Source of the DNA: Stegostoma tigrinum
Taxonomy: Eukaryota
Reading direction: 5' to 3'
Assembly (NCBI RefSeq): GCF_030684315.1
Contig: NC_081394.1
Coordinates: 5,612,163 to 5,676,162 of the forward strand
Length of the DNA: 64,000 bases
Below the pieces are notes generated by a model. That model had not been told where the DNA came from, did not search any database, and saw only the letters and a program-made list of their open reading frames with translations. A program made the position numbers and the translations under genes. How positions within the stretch are numbered: position 1 is the stretch's first letter; the number at the start of each line of letters is the position of its first letter. Positions 22,901 through 35,421 of this stretch are shown here, one piece after another.

Positions 22901-25900
22901 TGCTGAACCAAGACTGAAATGAGGCCTGGTGCTGAGTGGTCCTGGTAGAACCAAACCCGGACATCAGTGAACATGTTATTGCTGAGTGTGTGCTGTTTGA
23001 CCTGACTGCTGATGACACCTTCCATCACTTTACTGATGATAGAGAGCAGACTGACGGAGTGGTCATTGGCTGGGTTGGATTTGCTATACTTTTGTGTGTA
23101 CAGGTCAGAACTAGGGGCCATTTTCCAAATTCTCAAGCAGATGCCAGTGTTGTAGCTGAATTGGAACACCTTGGCTCGGGGAACAGGAAGCTCTGGAGCA
23201 CAGGCCTTCAGTATTATTACCAGAATGATGTCAAAGATAGCCATCTGTTAATGTCATGTAAAGTGAATTGAAGTCACTGAAGACTGGCATCGGTGGTGGT
23301 GGGCACCACTACAGGAGGTGATGTTGGATCATCCACTCAGTACTCCTGGCCGGAGATTTGTTGCTAATGCTGCAGCCTTGTTTTTGCTCTGATGTGCTCC
23401 CCCATCATTGAGGATGGGGATATTGCTGTGGTCAGCGTTTCCTGCAAGCCTTTTAAATGTCTGCCACCATTCACAACTGAATGAGACAAAGCCTGGAGGA
23501 AATTAGAGATAGCTAGGGGTGTGTGGGGGCTGGAGGAGCTTGCAGAGATGGGGAGGGGTAGAGGAGCTGACTTCGGATTTTATTGTCATGTATATTTCAC
23601 AGTGAGAATACAAACAAAAGCTTTCACTTCTTGCTACGAAACGAGACGGTTTTGAATATTTGGAGAGTAAGGGTGGTGTTGGGTGTTGGATGGGGGTGCA
23701 AGAAAGATATCGCTGAAGAGAGTCCATCAGTGAGAGACACTTGTACCGCCACCTACACTGGACCCAAACAACATCGAAGTCGGTGATCCTCAGGCATAAT
23801 CTTTTGCTGCTGGGCTTATCCCTCCGACCTTACCTCTGCTTATGTCGGAGCCACCGATTCTAGGCCCTATCCTTGCTCAGGGAAAACTAAGTCAGACCTC
23901 AGCCTGCTGCAGGCTGGACCTCTTGCCGTCCAAACTTGTGGTGAGGTTAGTAAATAAAAGTAAAGGAAAAAGAGGTTGGAGCAGATGAGCTCTGGCATCT
24001 TGAAGGAGGCTCTAGAGACGGGGAGCGGCGCAGGTGCTGGAGGGGTTGTGAGTGATGTGAAAGGGACTCATTGCAGTCGGTTAATGTTACAAGGACAGCA
24101 GAGTTTGGGATGTACTGGAGGTAACGGAGGGTTTGTCACACAGTGACCAGGGGAATATTGCAACGGCTGAATCATGAGGACACAGATGAGGGTTTCAGCA
24201 GTAGTTCTTCTGGGGGCAGAGAAGGGGAAGCTAAACATTTGATCTGTTTCTCATTTCACTGTGTTTTGCTTTCCGGCTTGTCCGTCTCAAGGCCCAAGTG
24301 CAACTCCTGAAGCAGATCATGGTAAGTGATTCAATACAACCCAAGGTACTTCCTTGTGAAGGTGCATTGTGCTGGTGAAGGCACAAGGGTTCTTCAGTGG
24401 CTTCAGTTGACTTTTAACCTCTGAGGTTGAAGGTCATAGGTTCAAATCTCTCTGTATGGGACACCAGAATAAAACAGGAGCCCACACTCCCAGCTGCTGA
24501 GGGCCTTCCCCATAGGGGAAGGAGCAGTATGGTGTGGGAGGACTGTATTGTAGTAGAGGGTATAGTACATGGGCCTTTGTCAGAGAGGGTGGGGTACCTC
24601 CCTGTCAAGCAAAGGGTTAGAATTGGTCAGGGAGTACACTCGGAGGGTGGTACTGGGGTGATGCTGAACAGACTCTGAGCCAGAGACTGGATCAGGGAAA
24701 CAGACACACCCAGTGATAATGGGAACTGCCGATGCTGCAGAATCCGAGATAGCAAAGTGTGGAGCTGGATGAACACAGCAGGCCAAGCAGCATGTTGGAG
24801 CACAAAAGCTGATGTTTCGGGAAGGGTCCAGGCCTGAAACGTCAACTTTTGTGCTCCTAAGATGCTGCTTGGTCTGCTGTGTTCATCCAGCTCCACACTT
24901 TGTTGAAACAGGCACACTCAGCCCAGTTGTAGCTCCAGAGCCACCTCAGGAACATCAGGAGACTGGTGCCCAAGTTGGGTGAAGCCACGACAAGGTCATA
25001 CACTAGCCCAAACCCTTCATTTCTGCCAGATTGCCCGGTCACTGGCCTTGGGTGTGTCCTGACCTCAAGGGCTGGGGGCCACTCACATGAGGTTTGGGGC
25101 CAGTGGTATCCAGGCAGGAGGGAGTGATCCCAAGGTGTCTGCGTTGAAGACAATGGAGAGGAATAGTGACCTGGATATTAATCAGGATTCCATTCAATCC
25201 TGTGACTTTCCCATCCAGGAAATAGTTTCCAATTCTTCCTTTGGGTTTACTTGAAGGGAAATTGTTGGTCAGTGTCCAGTTCCCTTCATTGGAAAGCATG
25301 TATCGAACCCATTGTGGGGCTGTATGTGTGTGCAGAGAACTGCGGGACTGTCCTGTGCTAGTGTTTATTGGTATCTCACTCCCACCTCTCTCCAGGACGA
25401 GACTTACCCAAGGATCTGTTTGTACTAGAGCTGGTTCTGAAACACCAGGTGCTACAGGCCTCTGCAGTTGATTTTGTTCATGTGTCCCAGTCTGTTCATG
25501 GCTTCATTCTGTCTCTAGGTCCAACAAGAGGAGGAGTTGAATTGAGAATTGGAATTGGTGTTTTTGTTCTCATTGTTGCAATTGGGGTTTACTTTGTCCA
25601 AAAACACGCAGGACAGTAAGTTCTAGATTATTCTACTAGTCTCACTTTGACCAGATTTTCATTGCTAATGTTGTGTGAAGTGTTGCTGACCTCTGTCCCT
25701 GTCCATTCCCTGAGCTGTGAGGATGCTTCAATCCAGCCTGTCATTGAGCAACAGCATCCAGTTATTTCCAGCTTGTCATCCTCTCGCTTCTGAACAGTCC
25801 CCATGGATTGGAAAGGAGCAAATTTTCTCCCGAAGGAGAACCAGAGGCTGGGGTATATGTTGGGAATTTCAGGAGGTACTTAAGGTGCCACACAATACAT

Positions 25901-26898
25901 TGTTGTACAAGATGAGGGCTCAGTTGAATGGGAGCCGGGTGTAATATGGACTGGATTGAGGATTAGTTCATGCTCAGGAGTAGAGCAGGAACAAATAGGC
26001 CATTTTCAGTTGCCAGGATAAACCTGGTCCTGCAAGGATCAGTGCTGGGACCTCAGTGACATTTAATCTATATCAAGGACTGAGATGGGAGGAACGACTG
26101 GAAAAGTCCCAGTTTGCTGATGATACAAAGCTCAGTGGGAAAGTAAGCTGTGGGGAGGATACAGAAGCTGCAAACAGGGATGGGCTGGATAAATGTGTGG
26201 GCAATAATGGTGGTAGATAGAGACTAAGTTGGGAATTCCTGCTAAGGTATAACTCACTGCGTGAATGCCTCTGCATCGTTCTATGTCAGTGTGTTTGACT
26301 CCTGTGTTCCATGTTAAATATGCTCTCTAAATGCCAGTTGTTGCAACTTTTTGTGTCTTTCTTTTTCTTTGTTCTGGGAATTGGAGGATTCAGTGACTGG
26401 GAAGCCCATCTCGGATTCCCTTGTTTCACTCAATATCCCCATCTGTGCTTACCGCCATCCCCACGTACGCCCTTCGCAGTGGGACAAGGAACTATTGCAG
26501 TGTTTTCTCACGTCTCCCTCTGTTCAGCACAGTTCTAGTGGAGTGTCCAGCTTTTGCCCATTGCCTTCCCTATAAGCCTCCTCTCCTCTACCCTCTGTGC
26601 TCCTGTCACCCATTTTCTAGCTGCCATTGGTCTCCACGATGTTGAGTGTCATTTAATGGGCCTGTCCTCCTGAACAGGTCCTTTTTCACACACGTCCAAA
26701 GCGTTGGATTCTTCTCACCTGCACCCTGCTGGTTTTTCTCTTCTAGGAAACAACCTCGACAAAAGATGGGGTCATATTGAAAAATGGAATGGCGAACCTG
26801 TTCGGGTGAAGTGTGGAGCCGTGTCAACAGCGCCTAAGCATCAGGATGGAGTGACTGGAGGACAAAACCTTCTGGGGAATGGGGCTGTCCAGCACTAA
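16893..26898 (+). CDS. Gene B: paralog with a Cys-rich shrunken Ig-like ectodomain; exons 16893-16938, 18827-19096, 24292-24321, 25519-25615, 26747-(26780 or 26898); start exon uncertain
   Basis: Canonical splice sites and phases 1,1,1,2. Leader, TM (same 97 bp) and last exons are homologous to gene C, and the middle exons are open. An N gap lies within an intron. Confidence 0.6.
17992..18292 (+). mobile_element. HE1-like SINE with CR1-type tail
   Basis: Degenerate A/B boxes, V-domain and TTCTAT tail. Confidence 0.8.
18827..19096 (+). CDS. Gene B ectodomain exon: 90 codons, six Cys, degenerate V-set-like
   Basis: tttcatttcttttcag| 270 bp open frame |gtgagt, phase 1-1; VPTEAPAN...RPVLKC...CNGSSC..NYRAYFNQSSCWYVCIADVQYLKDS...; sequons NGS and NQS. 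Confidence 0.75.
19411..19545. other. Assembly gap (135 N)
   Basis: Run of N. Confidence 1.
20822..21085. mobile_element. Foldback short element of a different family with degenerate hammerhead motifs
   Basis: 20826-20915 is inverted to 20960-21050; cacCTGCCGA-agggctatgctcc-AAAAgcttgtg. Confidence 0.6.
21228..22812 (+). mobile_element. 5'-truncated CR1 LINE (RT region)
   Basis: ORFs 21343, 21614 and 22198 with [15 protein letters not shown] and FADD; TTCTAT tail. Confidence 0.93.
24292..24321 (+). CDS. Gene B stalk micro-exon (GPSATPEADH)
   Basis: Pyrimidine tract plus aag| 30 bp |gtaagt (consensus donor), phase 1-1. Confidence 0.65.
24715..24904. mobile_element. Foldback (inverted) pair of PLE-terminus short elements
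   Basis: Arms of about 75 bp are reverse complements; flanked by imperfect GAAACAG(A/G)CACAC duplication. Confidence 0.75.
25519..25615 (+). CDS. Gene B transmembrane exon (GPTRGGVELRIGIGVFVLIVAIGVYFVQKHAG)
   Basis: ctgtctctag| 97 bp |gtaagt; upstream intron aligns with 45375-45560 (minus). Confidence 0.8.
26747..26898 (+). CDS. Gene B last exon (short tail QKQPRQKMGSY* if spliced directly; the family tail ...GQNLLGNGAVQH* is open in another frame)
   Basis: ttttctcttctag| acceptor; homology to gene C last exon and 3' UTR. Confidence 0.65.
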
Positions 26899-26999
26899 CT
26901 GAGTTTCCACTGTACTGAGCCTGGGACAGGGATGGTGGGAAATCAGCCTAATTTTGTGGTAATCGAGTGATTCCTGTTGGAAAGTTTTGAGACATGGTC

Positions 27000-28090
27000 A
27001 GTAAGGTGATATCAAATGGGATCCAGGGAGAGAGAGCCTATTGGAGACAAAACTGACATGATGTTGCAAATCAGAGGCTGGTGGCAGACGGTTGTTAGGA
27101 CTGGAGGCCAATGACCAGTGGTGTGCTGCGAAGATGGGTTCTGGGACAACTGTTGTTTGTCACTTGTATCAATAGCTTCAATGAGAACATGGTTAGTAAC
27201 TTTGCTATTGACAGCAAAATTGGTAGTAGAGGGGGACAGTGAAGTAGGCTAAGAGAACAATGAGACGTTACCCAGATGGGCCAGTGGGCTGGGGAGTGGC
27301 AGGCGAATTTTAATTTAGATAAGTGTGAGGCATTGCTTTTGGTTGGAGAAGCCAGGGTAGTTAATGGGAAAGCCCTGGGAGTGTTGCTGAACAGGGGGAT
27401 CTAGGGGTTTCAAGTTGATAGTTCTTTGAAAGCGGCCTTGCAGATAGCCACGGTGGTGAAGAAGGCATGTGGCTTGCCTTCGTTGGTCAGAACATTGAGC
27501 ATTGGAGTTGGAGGTCATCTTGCGGCTGTACAATCACTGGTTAGGCCACTTATACACTATCGCGTACAATTCTGTTGCAAGGATGTTGTTAAGCTAGAAA
27601 GGGTGCAGAAAAAGAAATTACAAGAATACTGCTGAGGCTGGGTGGTGGGGGGAGAGGTTTGCATCGTAGCGAGAGGCTGAATAAACTGGACTGTTTTACC
27701 CTGGATTGTTGGAGGTGGAGGCGTGACTTTACCGAGGTTTATAAAATCATGAGGCATAGCTAGGTTGAATAGCCAAGGTCTTTTCCCCAGGGTAGGGGAG
27801 TTCAAAACTAGCAGGCGTAGGTTTATGATGACGGGAAGGATTTGAAAGGGATCTGAGAGGCAACTTTTTCCCCACTGAGGATGGTGTGTCTGGAATGAGC
27901 TGCCAGGGGAAGTGGTGGAGGTGGGTACAGTTAGAATATTCCAAAAGACATTTGGACAGGTACATGGCTAAGAAAGGTTGAGCGGGGTATGGGCCAAACT
28001 CAGGCAAATGGGACCACTTTCAATATAGGATATCTGAACAGCATGGAAGAGTTGGGCTGAAGGGTCTGTTTGTGTTGTTTGACTCTAGCT
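27000..28090 (+). mobile_element. Old degenerate CR1 LINE fragment
   Basis: DNA similarity to the CR1 RT and 3' region, with many stops. Confidence 0.7.
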
Positions 28091-28700
28091 GTGATTAAAG
28101 AGAAAAGCTGGTCCCATTTTTCAAGAGTACATTCATGTCTAATGACTCTGCTGGTCACTGCATGAACAGAGGAGCTGCTGTCTACAAGCAGCAAGTCCAT
28201 GGAGTGAACTGAATTGGCCGAATACGGGGATCAATACCTGTGCGAATCTCCAGAGGATGAGGAACACTTATCCAGTTGATATTCCTGGCTCTAGGTGGTT
28301 GAGAGTGCTTTAGTCTTTTGCCTTATGCTGAAGAAGGCGCAATGGTAGCTCTGCCACTCCAGATCCTGGCTGATCATCCACCTCTACCATATTCCTGCCA
28401 CCTCCCTATTTGCCTTGATGTGATCAGTGAGTAGAAATCAATCAAACTTTGTCTTTCATTTGCCTCTGAATTGTTTCTTGTGCAACCACTTATGAATGAG
28501 GACAACTCAGTTCCTTTGGGCATAACACTTTCTGATTTCTTTCATTTTAAGCAATACTGTCCCCTCTGTTCCTCCTCCCAAATGAATAACCTCGCAGTTC
28601 TCCCCAATATATTCCATGTGCGTGTGCTCTTCACCACACACTTGGTCTGGCTTTACAACCAGTGTTTCCTAAGGAGCCAGTCATCACATCCTTAATATTA

Positions 28701-29582
28701 CATAGAACATAGAACATTACAGCACGGTACAGGCCCTTCGGCCCTCGATGTTGTGCCGACCTGTCATACCAATCTCAAGCCCATCTAACCTACACTATTC
28801 CATGTACGTCCATATGCTTATCCAATGATGACTTAAATGTACCTAAAGTTGGCGAATCTACTACCGTTGCATTCAAAGCATTCCATTCCCTTACTACTCT
28901 CTGAGTAAAGAAACTACCTCTGACATCTGTCCTATATCTTTCACTGCTCAATTTAAAGCTATGCCCCCTCGTGCTCGCCGTCACCATCCTAGGAAAAAGG
29001 CTCTCCCTATCCACCCTATCTAACTCTCTGATTGTTTTATATGTCACAATTAAGTCACCTCTCAGCCTTCTTCTCTCTAACGAAAACAGCCTCAAGTCCC
29101 TCAGCCTTTCCTCGTAAGACCTTCCCTCCATACCAGGGAACATCCTAGTAAATCTCCTCTGCACCCTTTCCAAAGCTTCCACATCCTTCTTATAATGCGG
29201 TGACCAGAACTGTACACAATACTCCAAGTGCGGCCGCACCAGAGCTTTGTACAGCTTCACCATAACCTCTTGGTTCCGGACCTCGATCCCTCTATTAGTA
29301 AAAGCTAAAACACTGTATGCCTTCTTAAAAGCCCTGTCAACCTGGGTAGCAACTTTCAAGGATCTGTGTACATGGACACCGAGATCTCTCTGCTCATCTA
29401 CACTACCAAGAATCTTACCATTAGCCCAGTACTTTGCCTTCTGGTTACTCCTACCAAAGTGCATCACCTCACACTTGTCTGCATTAAACTCCATTTGCCA
29501 CCTCTCAGCCCAGCTTTGCAGCTTATCTATGTCTCTCTGCAACCTACAGCATCCTTCGTCACTATCCACAACTCCACCGACC
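28701..29582 (-). mobile_element. 5'-truncated CR1 LINE
   Basis: 264-aa ORF of the CR1 ORF2 C-terminus; CATAGAA tail. Confidence 0.93.
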
Positions 29583-32500
29583 ATTATTAATAATTAATAA
29601 TTAATATATTATTGTTAATATTAATAATGAAGATGCTAGTATTTGTCTTGGTACTGATGTCAGGTTAACAAGTCTGTGTGCCTTTGTAACGCCACTCTTT
29701 GTTCCCCCTCGTTTTCATTTGCAAGCTTCCACCCTGCAGGTCCTTTTGCAGGATGAATAGAAATGGGAAAGACGGTCACCAATTGATGATTACTCTCTTG
29801 CAAGCTCTTTTGAACAGATGTCAGTTTTCCCCATCACTGAGGACAGGGATGCTCATGGAGTCACCTCCCATCTGATATTGAATGGTTGCCCACCATGAAA
29901 GGCCAAATGCAGCTGCATTGCAGAACTTTGATGACGCAAGCATTTTCTTTCATATCGGCTCTGTGTTTCAGGAAGTGTTTACATTTATACGACACATTTC
30001 ACCATGATCCATTGGGAGGCAATGGCCAAGTGTTTTTCTTGCTGTGCTGTTTATCCAGAGACTCAGGTAGTATCCTGGGCACCTGGGCTTGAATCCTGGT
30101 ACAGCTGGTTGTTACAAAAACCCAGTGTTTCACTAACTTCCTTTAGAGGAGGAACTGAAAATAGCGTTGTCGTAATGATCAGATTCCCTATGTATGGGAG
30201 CTTACTGTGCACAAATTAACTGCCATTATACCGATATCATGACAGTCCCTTCACTGACTGTTCAACATCACAAAATGCTTCCCAGAGCTTTTAGTTTTTC
30301 TTTCTTTTGTTCTTAGGATGTCACTGGCTAGGGGAGCACTTATTGCCTATTCCCAGAAGGCGGTTGTATGGAATGAGCTGCCAGGGCAAGTCGTAGAGGT
30401 GGGGGCAATTAGAACATTCCAAAAGACATTTGGACAGGTACACGGCTAAGAAAGGTTTACAGGGGTATGGATCAAACTCACACAAATGGGACCACTTTCG
30501 GTGTAGCATATCTGGACAGTGTGGAAGAGTGAAGTGTCTGCTTCACTGTTGTTTGCTTTTCTGCAGAGTCAGAGTCGATATAAAAGGAAGTGTTCACACC
30601 ATCGAAGCTCGGCAGTGTAGCTGCAGTCAGCCTTTCGTGTGGTCAACCATTCAACATCGGCTGGGAGGTGACTCCATGAGCATCCCTGCCCTCACTGAGG
30701 GGGAGTCAGACATGTTGCTGTGGGCTTGGGGAAACTGCCATCCTTACCTGGCCTGGTCGACACGTGACTCCAAACCCATAGCAATGTGATTGATTCATAA
30801 TTTCCCTCGGGAATGGGCAATAAGTGCTGGCCTAGCCCATGACAGCTTTCCCCCTGAATGAGTTTTTAAAAACATCCTGAGTATGACATCCCAAAATGCT
30901 TCCCAGTCAGTGAAGGGTCTATTATAATTGGCTAACTTGGTTAAGCTCTCACATGTATGCTGCCATAATGACCGGATTCCCTGTTTTATTTTAAATGCTG
31001 TTGGTTGAGGGGATTTTGACCCAAAAATAAGGGTGCAGGAGCAAAAAAGCTCTTTGTCGATCATGGGACACGATACGACGGAAGGAGGCTGTATGGCCCA
31101 CCTTCACCACCTCAATCAGATCACTGTCTGTCCTTGTCTTCTTCCCAGAAAATGAATTTTCCCCCTCGAATGGAACAAATTTTCACAGACACTGAAACAT
31201 AAACTATGAAAGGAAGGCAAATCATAAGCTCAGAGTCTCATTCCAGTATTTGTGGGACAAGGGGGTCGCTGGCTAGGCCATTGCTCAGAGGACAGTTAAG
31301 AGGCAATCACATTGCTGTGGGTCTCAAATCATAGGTAGACCAGATCAGGTGAGGATGGCAATATCCTTCCCCAAAGGGCGACCATTGTCGACTATCAACA
31401 ATGAATTCACGCTCATCATTAGATTCTTAATTTAATTTGTTTTTTAAATTGAATTCAGATTCCACCACTTGCCACAGCAGGGTTTAAACCCAGGTCCCCA
31501 GAATATTATCTGGGCTTCTGGATCAACAATCCATTGATAATACCACTGGGCCTTTGCTTCCCTGTTATTAAAGGGAGCTCAGACAGATAAACCCAGAGCC
31601 TGGTTCCTGTATTAAAGACTGAAGCCAGCAGATGGCAGTGATAATGGGAACTGCAAATGCTGGAGAATCCAAGATGACAAAGTGTGAAGCTGGGATTGTC
31701 CCATCTGCCAGCATTTGGCCCAAGTCCCTCTAAACTTCATTTACCCATTCAGATGTCATTTAAATGTCGTAATTGTACCAGCCTCCATCTTCGGCAGTTT
31801 GTTCCATACACACACCTACCTCTGAATGGAAAGGTTACCCCTCCGTCGCTGCTAAATCTTTCCCCCCCCACCTCAAACCAATACCGTCTAGTTTTGGACT
31901 CTCTACCTGATCTAAGGACTTCAGCTATTCACCTTATCCATGCACCTCATGATTTTATATACCTTGACAAGTCACCCCTCAGTCTCTGATGCTCCACGGA
32001 AACCAGTCCCAGCCCATTTTCTCCCTATAACTAAACCTCCAGTCCCTGCAATGGGATTCAGAAGTCTGAGTGCTACCTGATGAGACAATGTGGGACCTCA
32101 AAATAGTCACTGAGCACTGGATTAATGCAGCTCTGAACTAGATCGTAGGAATGATGAACATCTTTTGGTACAACCAAGATGAGGATTCTTTGACTTACTA
32201 GGAATTACAGGCCCAATCCTGTCAGTAAATTGCCAGCAATCACATGTGAACTCATGTTGTTTACTGACCCAAAGGAGTGAACAGAGACTGTGAAGGTGAG
32301 AGAAGAGGAGATATTGAAAGCAGAGTTGATGAAATGGCCCGTTCAGGGTGAAATCAGAATATGAGACCAATTCTGATATATAAGGTAGCAGAGGGAGAAG
32401 CCAAAGCAAACTAAAGCCAATGGAAATTCCACATCTCCTACTAAAAGACAGTGGAAGCCAGTTCCCATGTGATCGCTCATAGCAAGTGAATGAGTTATAG

Positions 32501-32669
32501 GAGATGAAAACAACAAATGCTGAGATCATAGCGGGCGAGATCGCATCGAAGGAGAGAGAGCAAGCTAACATTTTGAGTCTTGATGACTCTTCATCAGAAC
32601 TGACGTGAAGTGTGGAGGGAGTCAGCATTTATGCTAAAGTTTGTGGGGGGAGGTGGTACATTGCACTTG

Positions 32670-33630
32670 GTGTAGGGTAGATATAGGTTTATGTGCTACG
32701 CTGATGCCCAATGGTCGTAGGAGGCACGTGGTCAGTACGGATATGTTCCTGATGTACGGTAACGTGATGAGTGTGTCAGGGAGTATTGTATCTTCCTGTT
32801 ATTGTTTCTGTGATAGGCATGGTCGGATCCTGCTGTTCAGGAATCTGTTGTCCATAAATACTTAGGGCTATTCTTCTTCGTTTTGACAGAATTCTAGGAT
32901 GCTGCAGTGTGTGTTGCTCGTTTAAATAGTGTTTTTACGCAATTCTGTTTGTGGGTGTTGGGATGGTTGCTGTTGAAATTCAGGACTTGATACGTGTGTG
33001 TGTGGCCTTTCTGTGTACCTTTGTCAGAAATTCCCCTGTTAGCCCTGCGTTCCACCATCACGTCTCAGAATAGGAGCTTTTTGTTCTTCTTCCCTGGTGA
33101 AATTGATGCCCGGTGGCACTGATGTTTATGAGTTGGTGTGTTTCCTCTAGTTTAGTCCATTCGATGACAAAAGTGTCGTCCATGTATTGGATCCATATCG
33201 GATCTGCAGAAGGGCTATGCTTTCAAGCTTCTGCATCGCCACTTCTGCTATTAGTCTGGAGATAGGTGACCCCCACCCCCCCCCCGCCACCCCCCGTGTG
33301 TCCCATTGATTTGTTTGTAGATTTGGCCAATAAAGGTAAAGTGGGTCGTGAGGCATGGGTTCAGTAACTTAGCACATTGCCTGTGGAGATGGTGTCACTG
33401 GGGTCTCATTGTTTTAGAAGCGTTGCTCTTGCCAGTGATGTGTCAATCGATGTGAATAGGGCAGTAATGTCAAAGGACACCATGATCACATCCTCGTCTA
33501 TTCTTATGTCTTTGAGGGAATTGAGGAACTCCTGGCCTGAGTGGGGTGACTTGCTGATGAGGTGCTTTAGTCTTCTTTGTAACTCCTTGGCTAGCCTGTG
33601 TGTTAGTGCGACTGAGAGGCAGACTATGGA
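32670..33630 (-). mobile_element. Penelope-like element (Poseidon type) remnant
   Basis: GSPISRLIAEVAMQKLE, MVSFDITALFTSI RT motifs. Confidence 0.8.
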
Positions 33631-33831
33631 TCTAAGGGCTTAAATACCAGGCAGGAAAACATAACAGCACTTCGTCGGAGGCTGATGATGTGACCCAGCA
33701 GGCAATGAAATGCCTGCGAGCAACCAACCACAGCATCCATAACCTACAAATCTACTCAAGAACCTGTGGGGTCAGTGATGATTGACAGGAGGTAGGATGG
33801 GCTCTGACTGAGGGGGCATGGTCATTGTTGA

Positions 33832-35330
33832 CGCCATGCACATGGTCTAAATGCCCTCTGCTTCTTCCTGTCCTGCAGGCCCGACCAGTTCCCCTCCACT
33901 GACACCCTCATCCGCCTCGCCGAACTCATCCTCACCCTCAACAACTTCTCTTTCAATTCCTCCCACTTCCTACAGACAAAAGGGGTGGCCATGGGCACCC
34001 ACATGCACCCAAGCTATGCCTGCCTCTTTGTAAGTTACGTGGAACAATCCCTCTTCAGTAGCTGCACTGGCCCTAAACCTCACCTCTTCCTCCGTTACAT
34101 TGTGTCGGCACCATCTCGTGCTCCCACAAGGAGCTCAAACAGTTCAGCTACTTCACCAACACCTTCCACCCCAACCTTAAGTTCACCTTGACCGTCTCTG
34201 ATACCTCTCTCTCCTTCCTGGACCTCTCTGTTTTCATCTCTGGCAACCACCTGGAAACCGATATCCTTTTCAAGCCTACCGACTCCCACAGCGACTTAGA
34301 ATACACCTCCTCCCATCCGCCTTCATGCAAAAATGCCATCCTCTATTCCCAATTCCTTCACCTCCGCTGCATCCGCTCCCAGGATGAGGCATTCCACTCC
34401 CGTGCATCTCAGATGACCTTGTTTTTCAAGGACCACAACATCCCCCCTCAGTGGTCAAGAACCTTATTTCCCGCAACTCATCCCTCACTCACCCTCCCCG
34501 CAATAACAACCAAAACTGAATCCCCCTCATCCTCACGTACTATCCCACTAACCTCTAGATCCGACGGATCATCCTCTGATACTTCTGCCATCTGCAATCC
34601 AACACCACCACCAAAGATATTTTTCCCTCCCCACCCTTGTCTGCTTTCCAGAGAGACTATGCTGTTTGGGAGTCCCTTGTCTGCTCCACACTCCCCTCCA
34701 ACCCCACCACAACCGGCACTTTTCCCTGCAAATGCAGAAAGTGCACTAAACAATTGTATCTCCCAGTCGCGAACCATTTCAACTCCCCCTCCCATTCCTT
34801 AGATGACAATTCCATCCTGGGCCTCCTGCAGTGCCACAATGATGCCACCCGAAGGTTGCAGGAACAGCAACTCATATTCCGCTTGGGAACCCTGCAGCCC
34901 AATAGTATCAATCTGGACTTCGCAAGCTTCAAAATCTTCCCATCCCCCCACTGCATCCCAAAACCAGCCCAGCTCGTCCCCGCCTCCCTAACCTGTCCTT
35001 CCACCTATTCCCTCCTCCCACCTCAAGACTCACCCCCATCTCCTACCTACCTGTCTGTCCTCCCTGGACTGACCTATCTCCTCCCTAACTCCCCACCTAC
35101 ACTCACCTCTACAGGCTCCATCCCCACCTCTTTAACTTGTCTGTATCCTCTCCACCTATCTTCTCCTCGATCTATCTTCTATCCACGTCCCCCTCTCTCC
35201 CTATTTATTTCAGAACCACTTTCCCCTCTCCCATTTCTGAAAAAGGGTTTAGGCCCAAAACGTCAGCCTTCCTGCTCCTCTGATGCTGCTTGGCCTGTTG
35301 TGTTCATCCAGCTCCACACCTTGTTATCTC
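33832..35330 (+). mobile_element. Penelope-like element (Neptune type), 5'-truncated, 13-bp TSD
   Basis: RT and GIY-YIG remnants; TGGTCATTGTTGA at 33819-33831 and 35331-35343. Confidence 0.9.
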
Positions 35331-35421
35331 TGGTCATTGTTGATGTTTGGTGGGGCCAGTGTTGATTGACAGGAGGTGGGACTGTCTCTTATTGAGGGAG
35401 CTTGGTGTTTCGCCTTCCTTC

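Larger units (their letters stand above)
20350..23480 (-). mobile_element. Old CR1/L2-superfamily LINE remnant interrupted by younger insertions (20822-21085, 21228-22812)
   Basis: SNPAN.HSVSLLSIISKVMEGVI and GPQDSVLAP RT motifs; same family as 61350-62390. Confidence 0.7.

Noticed and set aside
32122-32628. 168-aa ORF
   Set aside because: Begins in a PLE-terminus repeat; no recognisable domain or exon boundaries
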